Below are positions 49,794 to 60,322 of a stretch of 64,000 nt of DNA, one piece after another. Below the pieces are notes generated by a model. That model did not search any database. It was not told the DNA's origin and saw nothing but the letters and a program-made list of their open reading frames with translations. The DNA lies in contig CAZUHV010000002.1 of NCBI GenBank assembly GCA_964620965.1, positions 48,863 to 112,862 on the forward strand. The letters are read 5' to 3'. The position numbers were made by a program, and so were the translations under genes. The DNA is from an uncultured Pseudomonadales bacterium (GTDB lineage Bacteria > Patescibacteriota > Microgenomatia > UBA1400 > PJMF01). Position 1 is the stretch's first letter. Every line of letters begins with the position of its first letter.

Positions 49794-50294
49794 TTAGGGT
49801 CGCCAAGTATTACCATTAAACCTGAGCTCTAAATCACCAAATTGTGCACTAAATAACACGTATGAAACTCCAGCCTCTTCAAACATTTCTAATGCAATTT
49901 TAATTGCTTCCGGCCACTGGCCATGTGATTGTGCGATAGCTTCTTCATGGACAACTACCTTTAGTATCCCTGAATTAATGATTGCTTGAGCACAAGTTTC
50001 ACAAGCTGCACAAGGAGAGTACATCGTAGCTCCTAGTGTTGTTTCTCCGAATCTTGCTGCCGATAAAATTGCAGAATCTTCTGCATGAATGACATATTTA
50101 TATTTTGCAGGTCTTTGTAATCGCATTTCTGTTTCCTGAACCCCTAATGGAAAATTGTTAGCACCTCTTGCAATAATTCTTCCTGACGGATTTACAATAA
50201 CTGCGCCATTTTGAGTGCTTAGATCTCTACTTTTTAATGCTTCTAAGTATGCTAATCTTAAAAACTCTTTTGTTTGTGAGGGGTTTGATTTCAT
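49794..50294 (-). CDS. dCMP deaminase family protein
   Basis: STQNGAVIV, HAE, PCAACETC. Confidence 0.85.
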   Translation of the reverse strand: MKSNPSQTKEFLRLAYLEALKSRDLSTQNGAVIVNPSGRIIARGANNFPLGVQETEMRLQRPAKYKYVIHAEDSAILSAARFGETTLGATMYSPCAACETCAQAIINSGILKVVVHEEAIAQSHGQWPEAIKIALEMFEEAGVSYVLFSAQFGDLELRFNGNTWRP

Positions 50295-50367
50295 ATGATC
50301 GGTTTTAACACAAAAAAAACAGAATTGTCAATTCCTTTCAATGATTCAGTTCCTGTATACTAATTAA

Positions 50368-51576
50368 GTGAAAAATAAATCTGTTTGGTTATTTATCTCT
50401 ATTGCGTTCATGATTTCTTTTGCCGATGGAATCATGTCATATATCAGCCCAATTTTTATTGAATCAAAAGTTCATAGTACTTTATTCATGGGCATTATTT
50501 TTTCGTTTTCGTCAGTCATAGGCATTTTATGTGACGTAGTTTTTCCAAAAGTTTTTTCAAATCAACCTCATTACTTTTTCTTAAAAGCAACGTTGCTTTC
50601 TGCAATTATGTTCCCTTTAGTCTATCTTTTATTTCCAAACCATATTCTGACTTTCTTACTCGCAATGTCAGTATGGGGCATATATTATGAACTCAATATT
50701 TTTTCTTCATTTCAGTTTGTTAAATCATATGTTGGAATTGATGAACACACAAAAACTTGGGGGAAAATTGTTGCATTCCAAACTTCTGCTTATGCACTTG
50801 CGCCAATATTTGCCACCCATTTGTTAACACTAGGCTATAAACAAAGTTTTCTTTTTGTTTGTGTATTGCTCTTACTAACTATTGTTCCTATTTTAAAATT
50901 TAAGCAAAAATTTGTAATACACAGTAATAAAGACAGTCAAGAAAAACCAAGAAACATCTCTTGGAAGAAAGAACTAGAAATTTGGAAATTACTTTTTCCT
51001 AAAGTTTGGCAGCTAATACTCTTACAAACGGCAATTACCATTATTGATGCAGGATTTTGGACTATCGGTACCTTATTTACTCTGCATTTAAGTAAAACTC
51101 ATGCACTTGGAAATCTACTCATTCCTGCATATATGGCTCCGGCAATACTTGTTGGATTCTATCTTGGTAGATCTAACCAAAAATCAGGTAAGAAAAAAAC
51201 TGCATTAATTAGTAGTTTGCTATCTGGAATTCTGTTAACTACATACTTCTTTTTAAACTCTGTTACAGGAATCATTGTAGTAACCGCTGGAGTCTCAATA
51301 TTACTTGGGGTTGCAGTACCTGAAATAAAAGCAACATTTGAAGACTATGTGAGCAGACTTAAAAATGAAGATAATGAGATGATCGGACTTCAAAGTGCTT
51401 CTACAAGTTTAGCGTATGTAATTGCGCCAATTGTTGCAACATTCCTTGCAGAAATTGTTGGTTATCAAAATGCTTTTGCATTTTTAGGACTTTTCCTAAC
51501 AATTCTTACTACTTTCCTCATTTTTGTAACTCCTAAAAAAATTAAGATGCCACAAAAAGAGTTGGCAAAGATCTAA
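50368..51576 (+). CDS. MFS transporter
   Basis: About 12 TM helices in 402 aa. Confidence 0.8.
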   Translation: MKNKSVWLFISIAFMISFADGIMSYISPIFIESKVHSTLFMGIIFSFSSVIGILCDVVFPKVFSNQPHYFFLKATLLSAIMFPLVYLLFPNHILTFLLAMSVWGIYYELNIFSSFQFVKSYVGIDEHTKTWGKIVAFQTSAYALAPIFATHLLTLGYKQSFLFVCVLLLLTIVPILKFKQKFVIHSNKDSQEKPRNISWKKELEIWKLLFPKVWQLILLQTAITIIDAGFWTIGTLFTLHLSKTHALGNLLIPAYMAPAILVGFYLGRSNQKSGKKKTALISSLLSGILLTTYFFLNSVTGIIVVTAGVSILLGVAVPEIKATFEDYVSRLKNEDNEMIGLQSASTSLAYVIAPIVATFLAEIVGYQNAFAFLGLFLTILTTFLIFVTPKKIKMPQKELAKI

Positions 51577-51596
51577 ACTCCTGTATACTGAAAAAT

Positions 51597-52661
51597 ATGA
51601 GACAATGGGTCATTCCAATTATCATTTTGGTTCTAGGTTTGTTAAGTATTCTCACACTTTCTAGCATTGCTCCAGCACTAGCTCCAAAACAACTTATTTT
51701 TTTTATGATTGGCTTTGGAATCTTTTTTTTTGTTACCAAAATTTCCTTCAAACAGATCTCCAATTTAAGCAAAGTGGCCTATCTTTTTCTAAATGCACTA
51801 TTATTACTAACTTTAGTAATAGGAGACATCACAAAGGGAAGTTCCAGATGGATTGATATAGGTGGTATATTTGCAATTCAAGGATCTCAGCTTGCCATTC
51901 CAATTGTTACCATATACCTTACTACTCAATTCAACAAAAAACCTCTTACAAAACTTACTAATCTTTTTACATTCTTAGTTCTCACTGCTATTCCAGGAAT
52001 TTTAATTTTGATAGAACCAGATTTAGGAACAACAGTTGTCTATTTACTTTCCATATCTATAATCCTTTTTATTTCAGAGACTAAAAAATTACACATGATT
52101 CCACTTCTTGCTGGAGGTCTTGTCACAATTGTTATTGCTTGGTTATTTATTCTGCATCCATATCAAAAAGCACGTATTACTTCTTTTATTTCTCCTGATG
52201 ATACTCAAGGAGCTGGATATAATGCAAGACAATCACTTATTGCGGTTGGATCAGGACAAATTACAGGAAGGGGACTTGGACAAGGGATTCAATCTCATTT
52301 ACGATTTCTTCCAGAAAGACAAACTGACTTTGTATTTGCGTCTTTTGCTGAAGAATTTGGTTTTATTGGCTCAATTTTAGTGGTGAGCCTCTACACAGTT
52401 CTTGTTACTGTAACACTCAGAACTGCCCAAAAAGCAAATTCTCTTCAAGAACAGTTGTTTTGCTACGTAACTGCTCTCATGACCACTCTCCAGACTGGAG
52501 TTAATATTGGTATGAACATTGGGCTTCTTCCAATAACTGGAATTACATTGCCATTTATGTCTTATGGAGGAAGTTCCATTCTAACCCTGCTTGGTATGTT
52601 TGGAATAGTTCAAAATATTCGTCTGAACCAAAAACCAAAAGTGACCCTCCACTTGGAATAA
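51597..52661 (+). CDS. rodA: SEDS protein RodA
   Basis: GSSRWI, EPDLGT, YQKARI, LPERQTDF, GITLPFMSYGGSS. Confidence 0.88.
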   Translation: MRQWVIPIIILVLGLLSILTLSSIAPALAPKQLIFFMIGFGIFFFVTKISFKQISNLSKVAYLFLNALLLLTLVIGDITKGSSRWIDIGGIFAIQGSQLAIPIVTIYLTTQFNKKPLTKLTNLFTFLVLTAIPGILILIEPDLGTTVVYLLSISIILFISETKKLHMIPLLAGGLVTIVIAWLFILHPYQKARITSFISPDDTQGAGYNARQSLIAVGSGQITGRGLGQGIQSHLRFLPERQTDFVFASFAEEFGFIGSILVVSLYTVLVTVTLRTAQKANSLQEQLFCYVTALMTTLQTGVNIGMNIGLLPITGITLPFMSYGGSSILTLLGMFGIVQNIRLNQKPKVTLHLE

Positions 52662-52764
52662 ATTCATGATATAATAACCGTTCAGTCTGTGTTGTTGCTA
52701 TGCAATCTCGTTGGACATGCTACAACACCAAACAAAACAAGATAAAAAAACAGTAAGGAAATAT

Positions 52765-53082
52765 ATGTCATACGCAGTTATTCAAATCGCAGGCAAACAA
52801 TTCAAGGTCAGTGAAGGTGACACAATCACTACAGACAGAATTGCAGATAAAGAAGTCGGCGATACAATTAAAGTAAACGACGTTCTTTTAGTCGCTGATG
52901 AAAAAGAAAGCACCGTTGGAACCCCAACAGTTGCTGGCGCGGAAGTAACATTAGAAGTTGTTGAACACGCTAAAGGTAAAAAAATTCAAGTTGTTAAATA
53001 TAAATCAAAATCAAAATACAGAAAAATTCAAGGTCACAGACAACTCGAAACCTACCTAAAGGTAATAAAAATAAAAGCTTAA
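52765..53082 (+). CDS. rplU: 50S ribosomal protein L21
   Basis: YAVIQIAGKQFKV, GHRQ; ATG 52765 follows AAGGA. Confidence 0.96.
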   Translation: MSYAVIQIAGKQFKVSEGDTITTDRIADKEVGDTIKVNDVLLVADEKESTVGTPTVAGAEVTLEVVEHAKGKKIQVVKYKSKSKYRKIQGHRQLETYLKVIKIKA

Positions 53083-53090
53083 ACCTGACA

Positions 53091-53118
53091 AAAGAAGGGT
53101 GCGAAAAGCACCCTCTTT
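53091..53118 (+). terminator. Hairpin/terminator after rplU
   Basis: AAAGAAGGGTGC-gaaaa-GCACCCTCTTT. Confidence 0.6.
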
Positions 53119-53134
53119 AATTTATACTACAATT

Positions 53135-54304
53135 ATGCAAAATTATTTTTTCCAACTTGGAAACACACCAGAACTTTCTATCACAGAGCTCAACGCAGTT
53201 GTAGGCTCTGAGTTTGTAGAACAGGTAAGTGATCAAGTTGCTTTGGTCAAACTAAGATCAGAGGAGAGAGCAAAAGAACTTGTGGATCTGTTAGGTGGAA
53301 CTGTAAAAGTAATTAAGGAAGTTGAAAAACTTGAAACTTCAGATATTCAAGCACAAAAAGAAAAAGTCATCGAGTATCTCATCCAAATTGCCGATGGGAA
53401 CAAAATTCATTTTGGATTTGGCGAATTAGGCAGAGATCATTTAGAAAAAATTGAAGGATTTGACCTTAAAGCAAGTTTACAAAAAGAAGGTATAAACTCT
53501 AGATATGTTGATGGTTCAAGATATGGACTTTCAGCAGCCGTACTCTTACACAAAAAAAGAGTAAAAGAAATATTCCTTATTTCTACAAAAGATGGCGTCT
53601 ATCTTGGAGAAACAATCGCTGTTCAAGATATTGATGACTGGACAAATAAAGACAGAAATAAACCATATTTTGACAGAAAAAAAGGTATGTTACCTCCAAA
53701 AGTTGCACTCATTATGGTCAACATTGCTCTTGGAGACAATCCTGTTCAAGAAAACAGAAATAATATACTTTTAGATCCATTTTGTGGAACTGGAACAGTT
53801 ATTATTGAAGGACTCTTAACAAACCTCGATGTTATTGGGAGCGATCTTGACGAAGAAGCAGTGTCTGGAACTAAGAGAAATCTTGAGTGGCTTGCACAAG
53901 ATTATCCATTTACTCATGAATATACTGTTTTTCAATCCGATGCAACAAGAATTCCTCCTCAAAAAGAAAAAATTCAGTATATCGTAACTGAACCATTCTT
54001 AGGCAAGCCTAAACCAAATCCAGCAAAACTTCCATATATTTTTAAAGGTTTAGAAAAAATGTATCTTGGGGCTTTCAAACATTGGACGACTTTACTTGAC
54101 GAAAACGCAAGTATCGTAATAGTTTTTCCAACAGTCACTATAGAGGATGCAAAAGGTAAAAAAATTACATACTCACTCGATAATCTCATTGACAAATTAA
54201 CAACTTTTGGGTACACTACATTGTCTAAACCTGTTTTATACAGTCGTCCACAGGCAGTAGTCCAAAGACAAATATACAGATTTAGGTTCAATAAACAAAA
54301 ATAA
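53135..54304 (+). CDS. Trm11/TrmG10-like SAM-dependent RNA methyltransferase
   Basis: GMLPPKVA, LLDPFCGTGT, GSD, VTEPFLG. Confidence 0.8.
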   Translation: MQNYFFQLGNTPELSITELNAVVGSEFVEQVSDQVALVKLRSEERAKELVDLLGGTVKVIKEVEKLETSDIQAQKEKVIEYLIQIADGNKIHFGFGELGRDHLEKIEGFDLKASLQKEGINSRYVDGSRYGLSAAVLLHKKRVKEIFLISTKDGVYLGETIAVQDIDDWTNKDRNKPYFDRKKGMLPPKVALIMVNIALGDNPVQENRNNILLDPFCGTGTVIIEGLLTNLDVIGSDLDEEAVSGTKRNLEWLAQDYPFTHEYTVFQSDATRIPPQKEKIQYIVTEPFLGKPKPNPAKLPYIFKGLEKMYLGAFKHWTTLLDENASIVIVFPTVTIEDAKGKKITYSLDNLIDKLTTFGYTTLSKPVLYSRPQAVVQRQIYRFRFNKQK

Positions 54305-54316
54305 GGAAATAGTAAC

Positions 54317-54574
54317 ATGTCACACGTTAAAGCAGGTGGTAAAGTCGCTCAACATAAACAAGGTAAACGTCATGGAAAAAGACTTGGTGTTAAAAAATAT
54401 GCAGGCGAAAAAGTCATCACAGGAAATATAATAATCAAACAAAGAGGTGCTAAATACAAACCTGGTAAAGGTGTTGGTATTGGAAGCGATCACACAATCT
54501 TTGCAATGATGGACGGAGTTGTTCAATTCTCAAAAAGATTTGGCAGAACTGTTGCAAACGTTATCAAACAATAA
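54317..54574 (+). CDS. rpmA: 50S ribosomal protein L27
   Basis: [22 protein letters not shown]. Confidence 0.96.
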   Translation: MSHVKAGGKVAQHKQGKRHGKRLGVKKYAGEKVITGNIIIKQRGAKYKPGKGVGIGSDHTIFAMMDGVVQFSKRFGRTVANVIKQ

Positions 54575-54596
54575 AGTATCTCATTTTAGAATTTAG

Positions 54597-54624
54597 AAAA
54601 GCCTCCAGGTACGGAGGCTTTTTT
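54597..54624 (+). terminator. Intrinsic terminator
   Basis: AAAAGCCTCC-aggtac-GGAGGCTTTTTT. Confidence 0.85.
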
Positions 54625-54713
54625 AGTTGAAACTTCGTAAATACATCAAAATACTACTTATATAAAATTTAAGTACTCATTTTTCACACAAATACTGGTA
54701 TACTTTTCATAAT

Positions 54714-55556
54714 ATGAAAAACCAAACAGTTCAAAACCTTGATATCAATATTCTACAAGCAAACCCTTTTCAACCTCGTGAAAAAATCAACAATGAAGAG
54801 CTAGAAGATTTAGTTAAATCAATTAAGATTCATGGCGTTTTAGAACCTTTGGTTATTGCACATACTCCTGCTGGCTATCAAATCATTGCTGGAGAAAGAA
54901 GATGGAGAGCCTCAAAGCTTGCAGGACTTACCGAAGTCCCTGCAATCATAAAAGAAACAACCCCAAAAGGGATGTTAGAAATGGCAATCATTGAAAACCT
55001 GCAAAGAGTCAATCTTTCTCCTATCGAAAGAGCTCAAGCATTTTTTAGATTGCAACAAGAATTCTCTTTGGGAGTCAGTGAAGTTGCAGAAAGAGTTGGA
55101 AAATCAATTTCTTTCATTAGTAACTCTTTAAAGTTACTACAATTGCCAGACGCAATAAAAGATGGACTTCTAGGAAAACAAATCTCTGAAGGCCATGCAA
55201 GGGCTATTTCTGGCATTCAAGATATCAAAACAATGATAGAAGTTTATAAACAAATCCTCAAGGAAAATGCATCTGTAAGAAGAGCAGAAGAGCTTGCAAG
55301 AATCGCAAAAACTAAAACAGGACAAACAAGAGTATTTAAACCAAAAACTGTAGTGTATCAAGTAGACGATGATCAGGTTAAAAGTTGGGAAGAAAAAGTC
55401 AAAAATTATCTTGGAGCAAGATCAAAATTAAAACTAAAAAGAACAAACCAATCAACTCAAGTCAGCTTTATTCTCAAAGGTGATCCTGAAGAAACCCAAG
55501 AAGGTTTAGAAAAAATCATGGACTTCATCAAAGGAATCAAAGAAGGTTCAAAATAA
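54714..55556 (+). CDS. parB: ParB/Spo0J partition protein
   Basis: NPFQPR, IIAGERRWRA, ENLQR, HTH. Confidence 0.93.
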   Translation: MKNQTVQNLDINILQANPFQPREKINNEELEDLVKSIKIHGVLEPLVIAHTPAGYQIIAGERRWRASKLAGLTEVPAIIKETTPKGMLEMAIIENLQRVNLSPIERAQAFFRLQQEFSLGVSEVAERVGKSISFISNSLKLLQLPDAIKDGLLGKQISEGHARAISGIQDIKTMIEVYKQILKENASVRRAEELARIAKTKTGQTRVFKPKTVVYQVDDDQVKSWEEKVKNYLGARSKLKLKRTNQSTQVSFILKGDPEETQEGLEKIMDFIKGIKEGSK

Positions 55557-55568
55557 AAATAAGTAATT

Positions 55569-56144
55569 CTAGTATTCTGCTGATTCAATCCAGCCGAACT
55601 CACTTGTAGGCCAGTATCTTAAAAATGCTTTACCAACAATATCCTCTTTGCCAATTGGACCCCAAACACGTGAGTCACTAGAGTACTCTCTGTTATCACC
55701 GCTCACAAAATACTCATTAGGACCCATTGTGACTGTTCTACCTTCAATAAATTTTCCTGGAAGAGTTTTAAAATCACTTGGAATGTATGTTTCAGCCAGT
55801 GCTTCTCCGTTTACGTAATATGCATTATCGTGTAAGGCAATTGTATCTCCAGGAACAGCTAGGATTCTCTTTATAAAATCACAACCTGTCCCAGTAGGGC
55901 AACTTGCTTCTTCTGGAGCATGAAACACAACAATGTCGCCACGTTGTGGCTCACCAGTTCTATACACAATTTTATTCGTTAATAGATAATCACCAGAGTT
56001 GAATGTAGGATACATAGATCTTCCATTCACTTGGTGTGGTTGCATGAAAAATAGATAGACAATCAAAAAAAATGAAGCACCAATAGTGAGCGTTTCCGCC
56101 AAATCTAAAAATAAACTACTAAATGATTTCAAGATATTTTTCAT
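55569..56144 (-). CDS. lepB: Signal peptidase I
   Basis: GRSMYPT, FIKRI, GDNREYSSDSR. Confidence 0.94.
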   Translation of the reverse strand: MKNILKSFSSLFLDLAETLTIGASFFLIVYLFFMQPHQVNGRSMYPTFNSGDYLLTNKIVYRTGEPQRGDIVVFHAPEEASCPTGTGCDFIKRILAVPGDTIALHDNAYYVNGEALAETYIPSDFKTLPGKFIEGRTVTMGPNEYFVSGDNREYSSDSRVWGPIGKEDIVGKAFLRYWPTSEFGWIESAEY

Positions 56145-56204
56145 ACTCAAGATTATGCTATTTCATAACTGGAGTTTCAAGCCCTAAACGTGCATAATAT
56201 AAGC

Positions 56205-57431
56205 ATGGGATACACCAAACATACGATTTCTGGTTTTAGTTGGCAGACAGTGCTTAAAGTCCTCACTATGGCTACAATACTGATTAAAACCTTTTTTCTT
56301 GCCAGAATCCTTACCCCTACCGACTTTGGACTTTTTGCGTTAATTGCGATTGCACTTGGCATTGCAGAAGCCACAACTGAAACAGGGGTTAACCTAACAA
56401 TCATTCAATCAAAACGATCTATCAAATACTTTATTGATACTGCTTGGGTAATTGCAATTATTCGAGGTTTCATCATTGGAATTATCATGGTGTTAATGGG
56501 TCTTATTATGAGTAAATTCTATAAAGAAGAATCATTAACCATTCTTGTTGCTATTGCAGCACTTGTTCCAATAGTAAAAGGATTTATCAATCCAAGTATT
56601 ATTTTGTTTCATAAAAACTTGGAATTTTTCAAAGATAGCGCGTTCAAATTTACAATTATCTTATTTGATGCAACTGTCGCCGTCATACTCGCACTCTTAT
56701 TTAAATCAGTCTCAGCATTGATTTTTGCTCTCATCTTAGGTGGTCTTTTTGAAGTACTGCTGAGTTTCTTGATATTCTCAGACAAACCAGTTTTTAACTA
56801 TATTCCAAGTAGAGCTAAGTTAATTTTTGCAAATGCTAAAGGCTTGACTATTTCAGCAGCACTTTCATATATCAACGAAAATATTGATGATTTTTTATTA
56901 GGAAAAATTATTGGAACCTTTTCTTTAGGGCTGTATCATAATGCATATAGTCTTGGTCACAAAACAAACTATGATTTTGCCAAGTCAGTAAATCATAGTA
57001 TTTTGCCTGTGTTCACAAAAATATCAGACGAAAAAAACAGGCTGAAAAAGGCATTTGTTAAATCACTTGTTGTGACTGCGCTCATTACTATTGGAGCTTC
57101 TATCCCACTGTTTATTGCTCCAAATCTCATTGTCTCGATTATTTTAGGCGAACAATGGCTCAGTATTGTTCCAAACCTGTACTTTTTTGTAATTGCAGGA
57201 ATTTTACAAAGTATTTCTATTATTTTTTATACTCTGTTTTATGTAAAGAAAAGATACTCAACTGTGAATTTTCACTTGCTTGTAACAATTGTAACTTTGG
57301 TTACATTGCTTTTATTATTACCTGCAAAATATGGTCTACAAGGTGCAGGAGTTGCCCTAGTTACTAGCAGATTGGTGAGCTTACCATTCCTGTTTTATCA
57401 AGCAATTATGTTATTTAAAAAATCTGAATAA
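56205..57431 (+). CDS. Oligosaccharide flippase (Wzx/WzxC-like)
   Basis: LARILTPTDFG, LGLYHNAY, multi-TM. Confidence 0.85.
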   Translation: MGYTKHTISGFSWQTVLKVLTMATILIKTFFLARILTPTDFGLFALIAIALGIAEATTETGVNLTIIQSKRSIKYFIDTAWVIAIIRGFIIGIIMVLMGLIMSKFYKEESLTILVAIAALVPIVKGFINPSIILFHKNLEFFKDSAFKFTIILFDATVAVILALLFKSVSALIFALILGGLFEVLLSFLIFSDKPVFNYIPSRAKLIFANAKGLTISAALSYINENIDDFLLGKIIGTFSLGLYHNAYSLGHKTNYDFAKSVNHSILPVFTKISDEKNRLKKAFVKSLVVTALITIGASIPLFIAPNLIVSIILGEQWLSIVPNLYFFVIAGILQSISIIFYTLFYVKKRYSTVNFHLLVTIVTLVTLLLLLPAKYGLQGAGVALVTSRLVSLPFLFYQAIMLFKKSE

Positions 57432-58174
57432 TGCCAATCAAAAATACAACTACCATAATTCTAACAAATCGTAATGACCAACGATTTCTTAATGCTTTGC
57501 AATCTGCGCAAATTACAGCATCCTGCATAGTTATAGACAATAATAGCCAAAATGAATGGGAAAAGTTAAGAAAAGAATTTAATTTTAAACTCATAAAGTA
57601 TCCTGAAAAAATAGCTGATTTTTCCAAAATAAAAAATACTGCTCTGGAAGAAGTAAAAACAGAATGGGTATTATTTTTAGATAGCGATGAGGTACTCTCT
57701 AAAAATGCTGAAGAATGTATTGAAAATGTAGTACAACAAAATCTTTTTGATGCAGTTAGCATAAAAAGGGTAGATTATTTTTTAGGTAAACCATTGTTAT
57801 ATGGAGAGGCTGGCTCAATGCCACTGATTCGATTATTTAAAACTAGCAAAGGAAAATTCAGAAGAAATATTCATGAAGTTGTTGAAACACAAGGTAAAAT
57901 TGGAGAAGCTGATTTTCAAATTTTACATTTTTCACATGAGTCAATCAAAAGTTTCCTAGAAAAAATAACTCTTTATTCACAAATTGAATCAAAAAATAAA
58001 AAAATATCAAAAAATGAAACAATTTTTCAAATGATTTTTTTTCCAATCGGAAAATTTATTTTAAATTATTTTTTGAAATTTGGATTTTTAGATGGATTTA
58101 GAGGACTAATATACGCAATAATTATGAGCTTGCACTCGTTTTTTGTTCGAATTTTTTATTATGAAAACCTTTAG
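57431..58174 (+). CDS. Glycosyltransferase family 2 (KdtX-like)
   Basis: WVLFLDSDE, IHE, GFLDGFRG. Confidence 0.88.
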   Translation: MPIKNTTTIILTNRNDQRFLNALQSAQITASCIVIDNNSQNEWEKLRKEFNFKLIKYPEKIADFSKIKNTALEEVKTEWVLFLDSDEVLSKNAEECIENVVQQNLFDAVSIKRVDYFLGKPLLYGEAGSMPLIRLFKTSKGKFRRNIHEVVETQGKIGEADFQILHFSHESIKSFLEKITLYSQIESKNKKISKNETIFQMIFFPIGKFILNYFLKFGFLDGFRGLIYAIIMSLHSFFVRIFYYENL

Positions 58175-59360
58175 AAAAATAGCACTTTGGATTTTTGTTG
58201 CACTTTTAAGTCTAGGACAACTTCAAAGAATTGAGTTAGCAAACACCCCAACTGCAATTTATTTTCACGATGTTTTTATTATTTTTTGGATTTTTCACAT
58301 TTTTTTCACAAATCCTATAGCATTTGGCGAATATATTTTAGAATATTTTAAAAATAATAAAAAAATACAAATATTTATTTATATTACCGCTTTTTCTCTA
58401 ATTATTAATTTATTGCAAAATTTTGACAATATTTTAATTTTATATATCTGCAGATTAATAACATATGTACTATTTGGATTTTCACTAGCATTCTTAATTA
58501 AAGAAAAAAATATAGATTTGGAATATTTTAAATTTCAGATATTTTCTGTCGGATTATTCAGTTTATTTTTAGGTTTCTTACAATTCATCTTTATTAAAGA
58601 CACCAGATTTTTGGCGATTTTGGGATGGGATGATCACTATGCAAGATTAATTGGCCCATACTTTGATCCGGGATTTACCGGAATTATTTTTTTAATAACA
58701 CTTCTAGTTGGTTTAAGTAGTGAATATTTAAAAAATAAAAAATTACAACTATTTTTAATATTATTTTTTATTTGGGGAATAATATTAACATTCTCTCGAG
58801 CTAGTTACTTAGCAACTATTACAAGTTTTGCAACTTTTTTTCTTGTGAAAATAAAAAATCTCAAAAACCCAATTCTGTTTAAAAAAATTGGTGTTGGGAC
58901 ATTAGTATTTTTTCTTATGATACTACTTGCACCAAAACCATGGGGAGAAGGAGTGAATCTCTTAAGGACTTCAACTATTACTGCCAGAATTTCTGCAGTT
59001 ACACAACAAATACAAGAACTCAGCTTCAAAACAGTAGTTATTGGAAACGGGTTATTTTCTGAAAAAAATAGCCTTACTTACTCTATAAAGAATAATTCTG
59101 AAGTCAATATTCCAAGTCATTCAAGAGTCCCAGATAATATTTTCCTTAATATTTTTCTTTCAACCGGAATAGTTGGATTAATAATCTTTATTATTTTATT
59201 AAATGATTGGGGAAAAGCATTTCTTAAAAGAAATATTTATTTATTTGCAATTTTTGTTGGACTTTTAATACATACACAATTTAGCAACTCAGTCTTGCAA
59301 CCATTTGTTCTGCTACTATTTTTATCGGCACTATCTGTTCTACAAAAACCTACAAACTAA
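58161..59360 (+). CDS. O-antigen ligase/polymerase-like membrane protein
   Basis: RLIGPYFDPGF, LTFSRASY, DN..STGIVG. Confidence 0.78.
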   Translation: MKTFRKIALWIFVALLSLGQLQRIELANTPTAIYFHDVFIIFWIFHIFFTNPIAFGEYILEYFKNNKKIQIFIYITAFSLIINLLQNFDNILILYICRLITYVLFGFSLAFLIKEKNIDLEYFKFQIFSVGLFSLFLGFLQFIFIKDTRFLAILGWDDHYARLIGPYFDPGFTGIIFLITLLVGLSSEYLKNKKLQLFLILFFIWGIILTFSRASYLATITSFATFFLVKIKNLKNPILFKKIGVGTLVFFLMILLAPKPWGEGVNLLRTSTITARISAVTQQIQELSFKTVVIGNGLFSEKNSLTYSIKNNSEVNIPSHSRVPDNIFLNIFLSTGIVGLIIFIILLNDWGKAFLKRNIYLFAIFVGLLIHTQFSNSVLQPFVLLLFLSALSVLQKPTN

Positions 59361-60126
59361 AAGAGTAGGTAAGCTCAACTTTATTTTGATTTCCAGCTTT
59401 ATCTATAGCTTTAATCTCAATTTTATTTTCACCTTCTTCTAAATGATAGGTGTAACTAAATGTCCCGTCTTCCTTTGGAAAAACAACTCTTTCATTGATA
59501 TAGATTTTTGTGCCAACTTCATCTTTATCCGTATTACCTTTTATAGTAACAGACTGATTGGTTCTAGTTTCAAAGCTTGCACCATCTTCTGGTTCAATAT
59601 TTTCTATAGTTGGTGGTTTTGAATCAAAAAGAGTAGTGTAATCCTTTGTTGATGCCGACTCATTTTCTGCTTCATCAACACTATATGCATTTATTTTATT
59701 TTCACCTTGTTCTAAAGTTATTGGAACTTCAAATGAACCATCTTCACTTATCGTAACTTTATCTTGTTTGGAACCATTAATCACAAAGATAACAAAGCTC
59801 TCTGGCTCTCCATATCCGGATATTTTTAATTCAGCACTATTTGTTGCAGTCACTGGAGCAGATAAAATTGGAATTTGAGGCGGAATATCGTCAGTTTCTT
59901 GAAATGGAGTAGAGGAATCCAAAAAATTAGTCACAAAGTTAATAAAATTAGGAATTACAACAAAAATAAAAGTGAAAAAAATAACTACTGCCACACCAAT
60001 CATAACTACTGATTGTGAAAGTACCTTCTTTTTTTCTTTTCTAACTCTTCTTGAAGAAACTGGAGAATAACTCATAGTGGATCTCTCATTTTGTCTTCTA
60101 CTTTGAATTCTGCTTAATCTAGACAT
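59350..60126 (-). CDS. Membrane-anchored protein with two Ig-like domains
   Basis: TM helix; L.EGENKI...D.A.N repeated twice. Confidence 0.78.
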   Translation of the reverse strand: MSRLSRIQSRRQNERSTMSYSPVSSRRVRKEKKKVLSQSVVMIGVAVVIFFTFIFVVIPNFINFVTNFLDSSTPFQETDDIPPQIPILSAPVTATNSAELKISGYGEPESFVIFVINGSKQDKVTISEDGSFEVPITLEQGENKINAYSVDEAENESASTKDYTTLFDSKPPTIENIEPEDGASFETRTNQSVTIKGNTDKDEVGTKIYINERVVFPKEDGTFSYTYHLEEGENKIEIKAIDKAGNQNKVELTYSFSL

Positions 60127-60190
60127 AACTGCCAATAAGTATACAGTACTAACACTTTTGAGTGCAAGTTAGATACTTGAGAGTAAACTG

Positions 60191-60263
60191 AGCCGAAGGT
60201 GGGATTCGAACCCACGACCTATGGTTTACGATACCAGTGCTCTACCAGCTGAGCTACTTCGGC
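60191..60263 (-). tRNA. tRNA-Thr(CGT)
   Basis: GCCGAAG acceptor stem; anticodon loop ATCGTAA; GTGGG-TTCGAAT-CCCAC. Confidence 0.92.
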
Positions 60264-60322
60264 AACAAACAAAATAATATTCTATAAATGCAAAACAGTA
60301 TAGTGATTTTAACACAGAAGAT

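Noticed and set aside
52686-52728. L21 leader RNA
   Set aside because: A stem (GTGTTGTTGC/GCTACAACAC) exists, but I cannot match it to the known family by eye
715-59029. Numerous 60-160 aa ORFs antisense to or overlapping conserved genes
   Set aside because: Shadow ORFs without motifs or independent start signals
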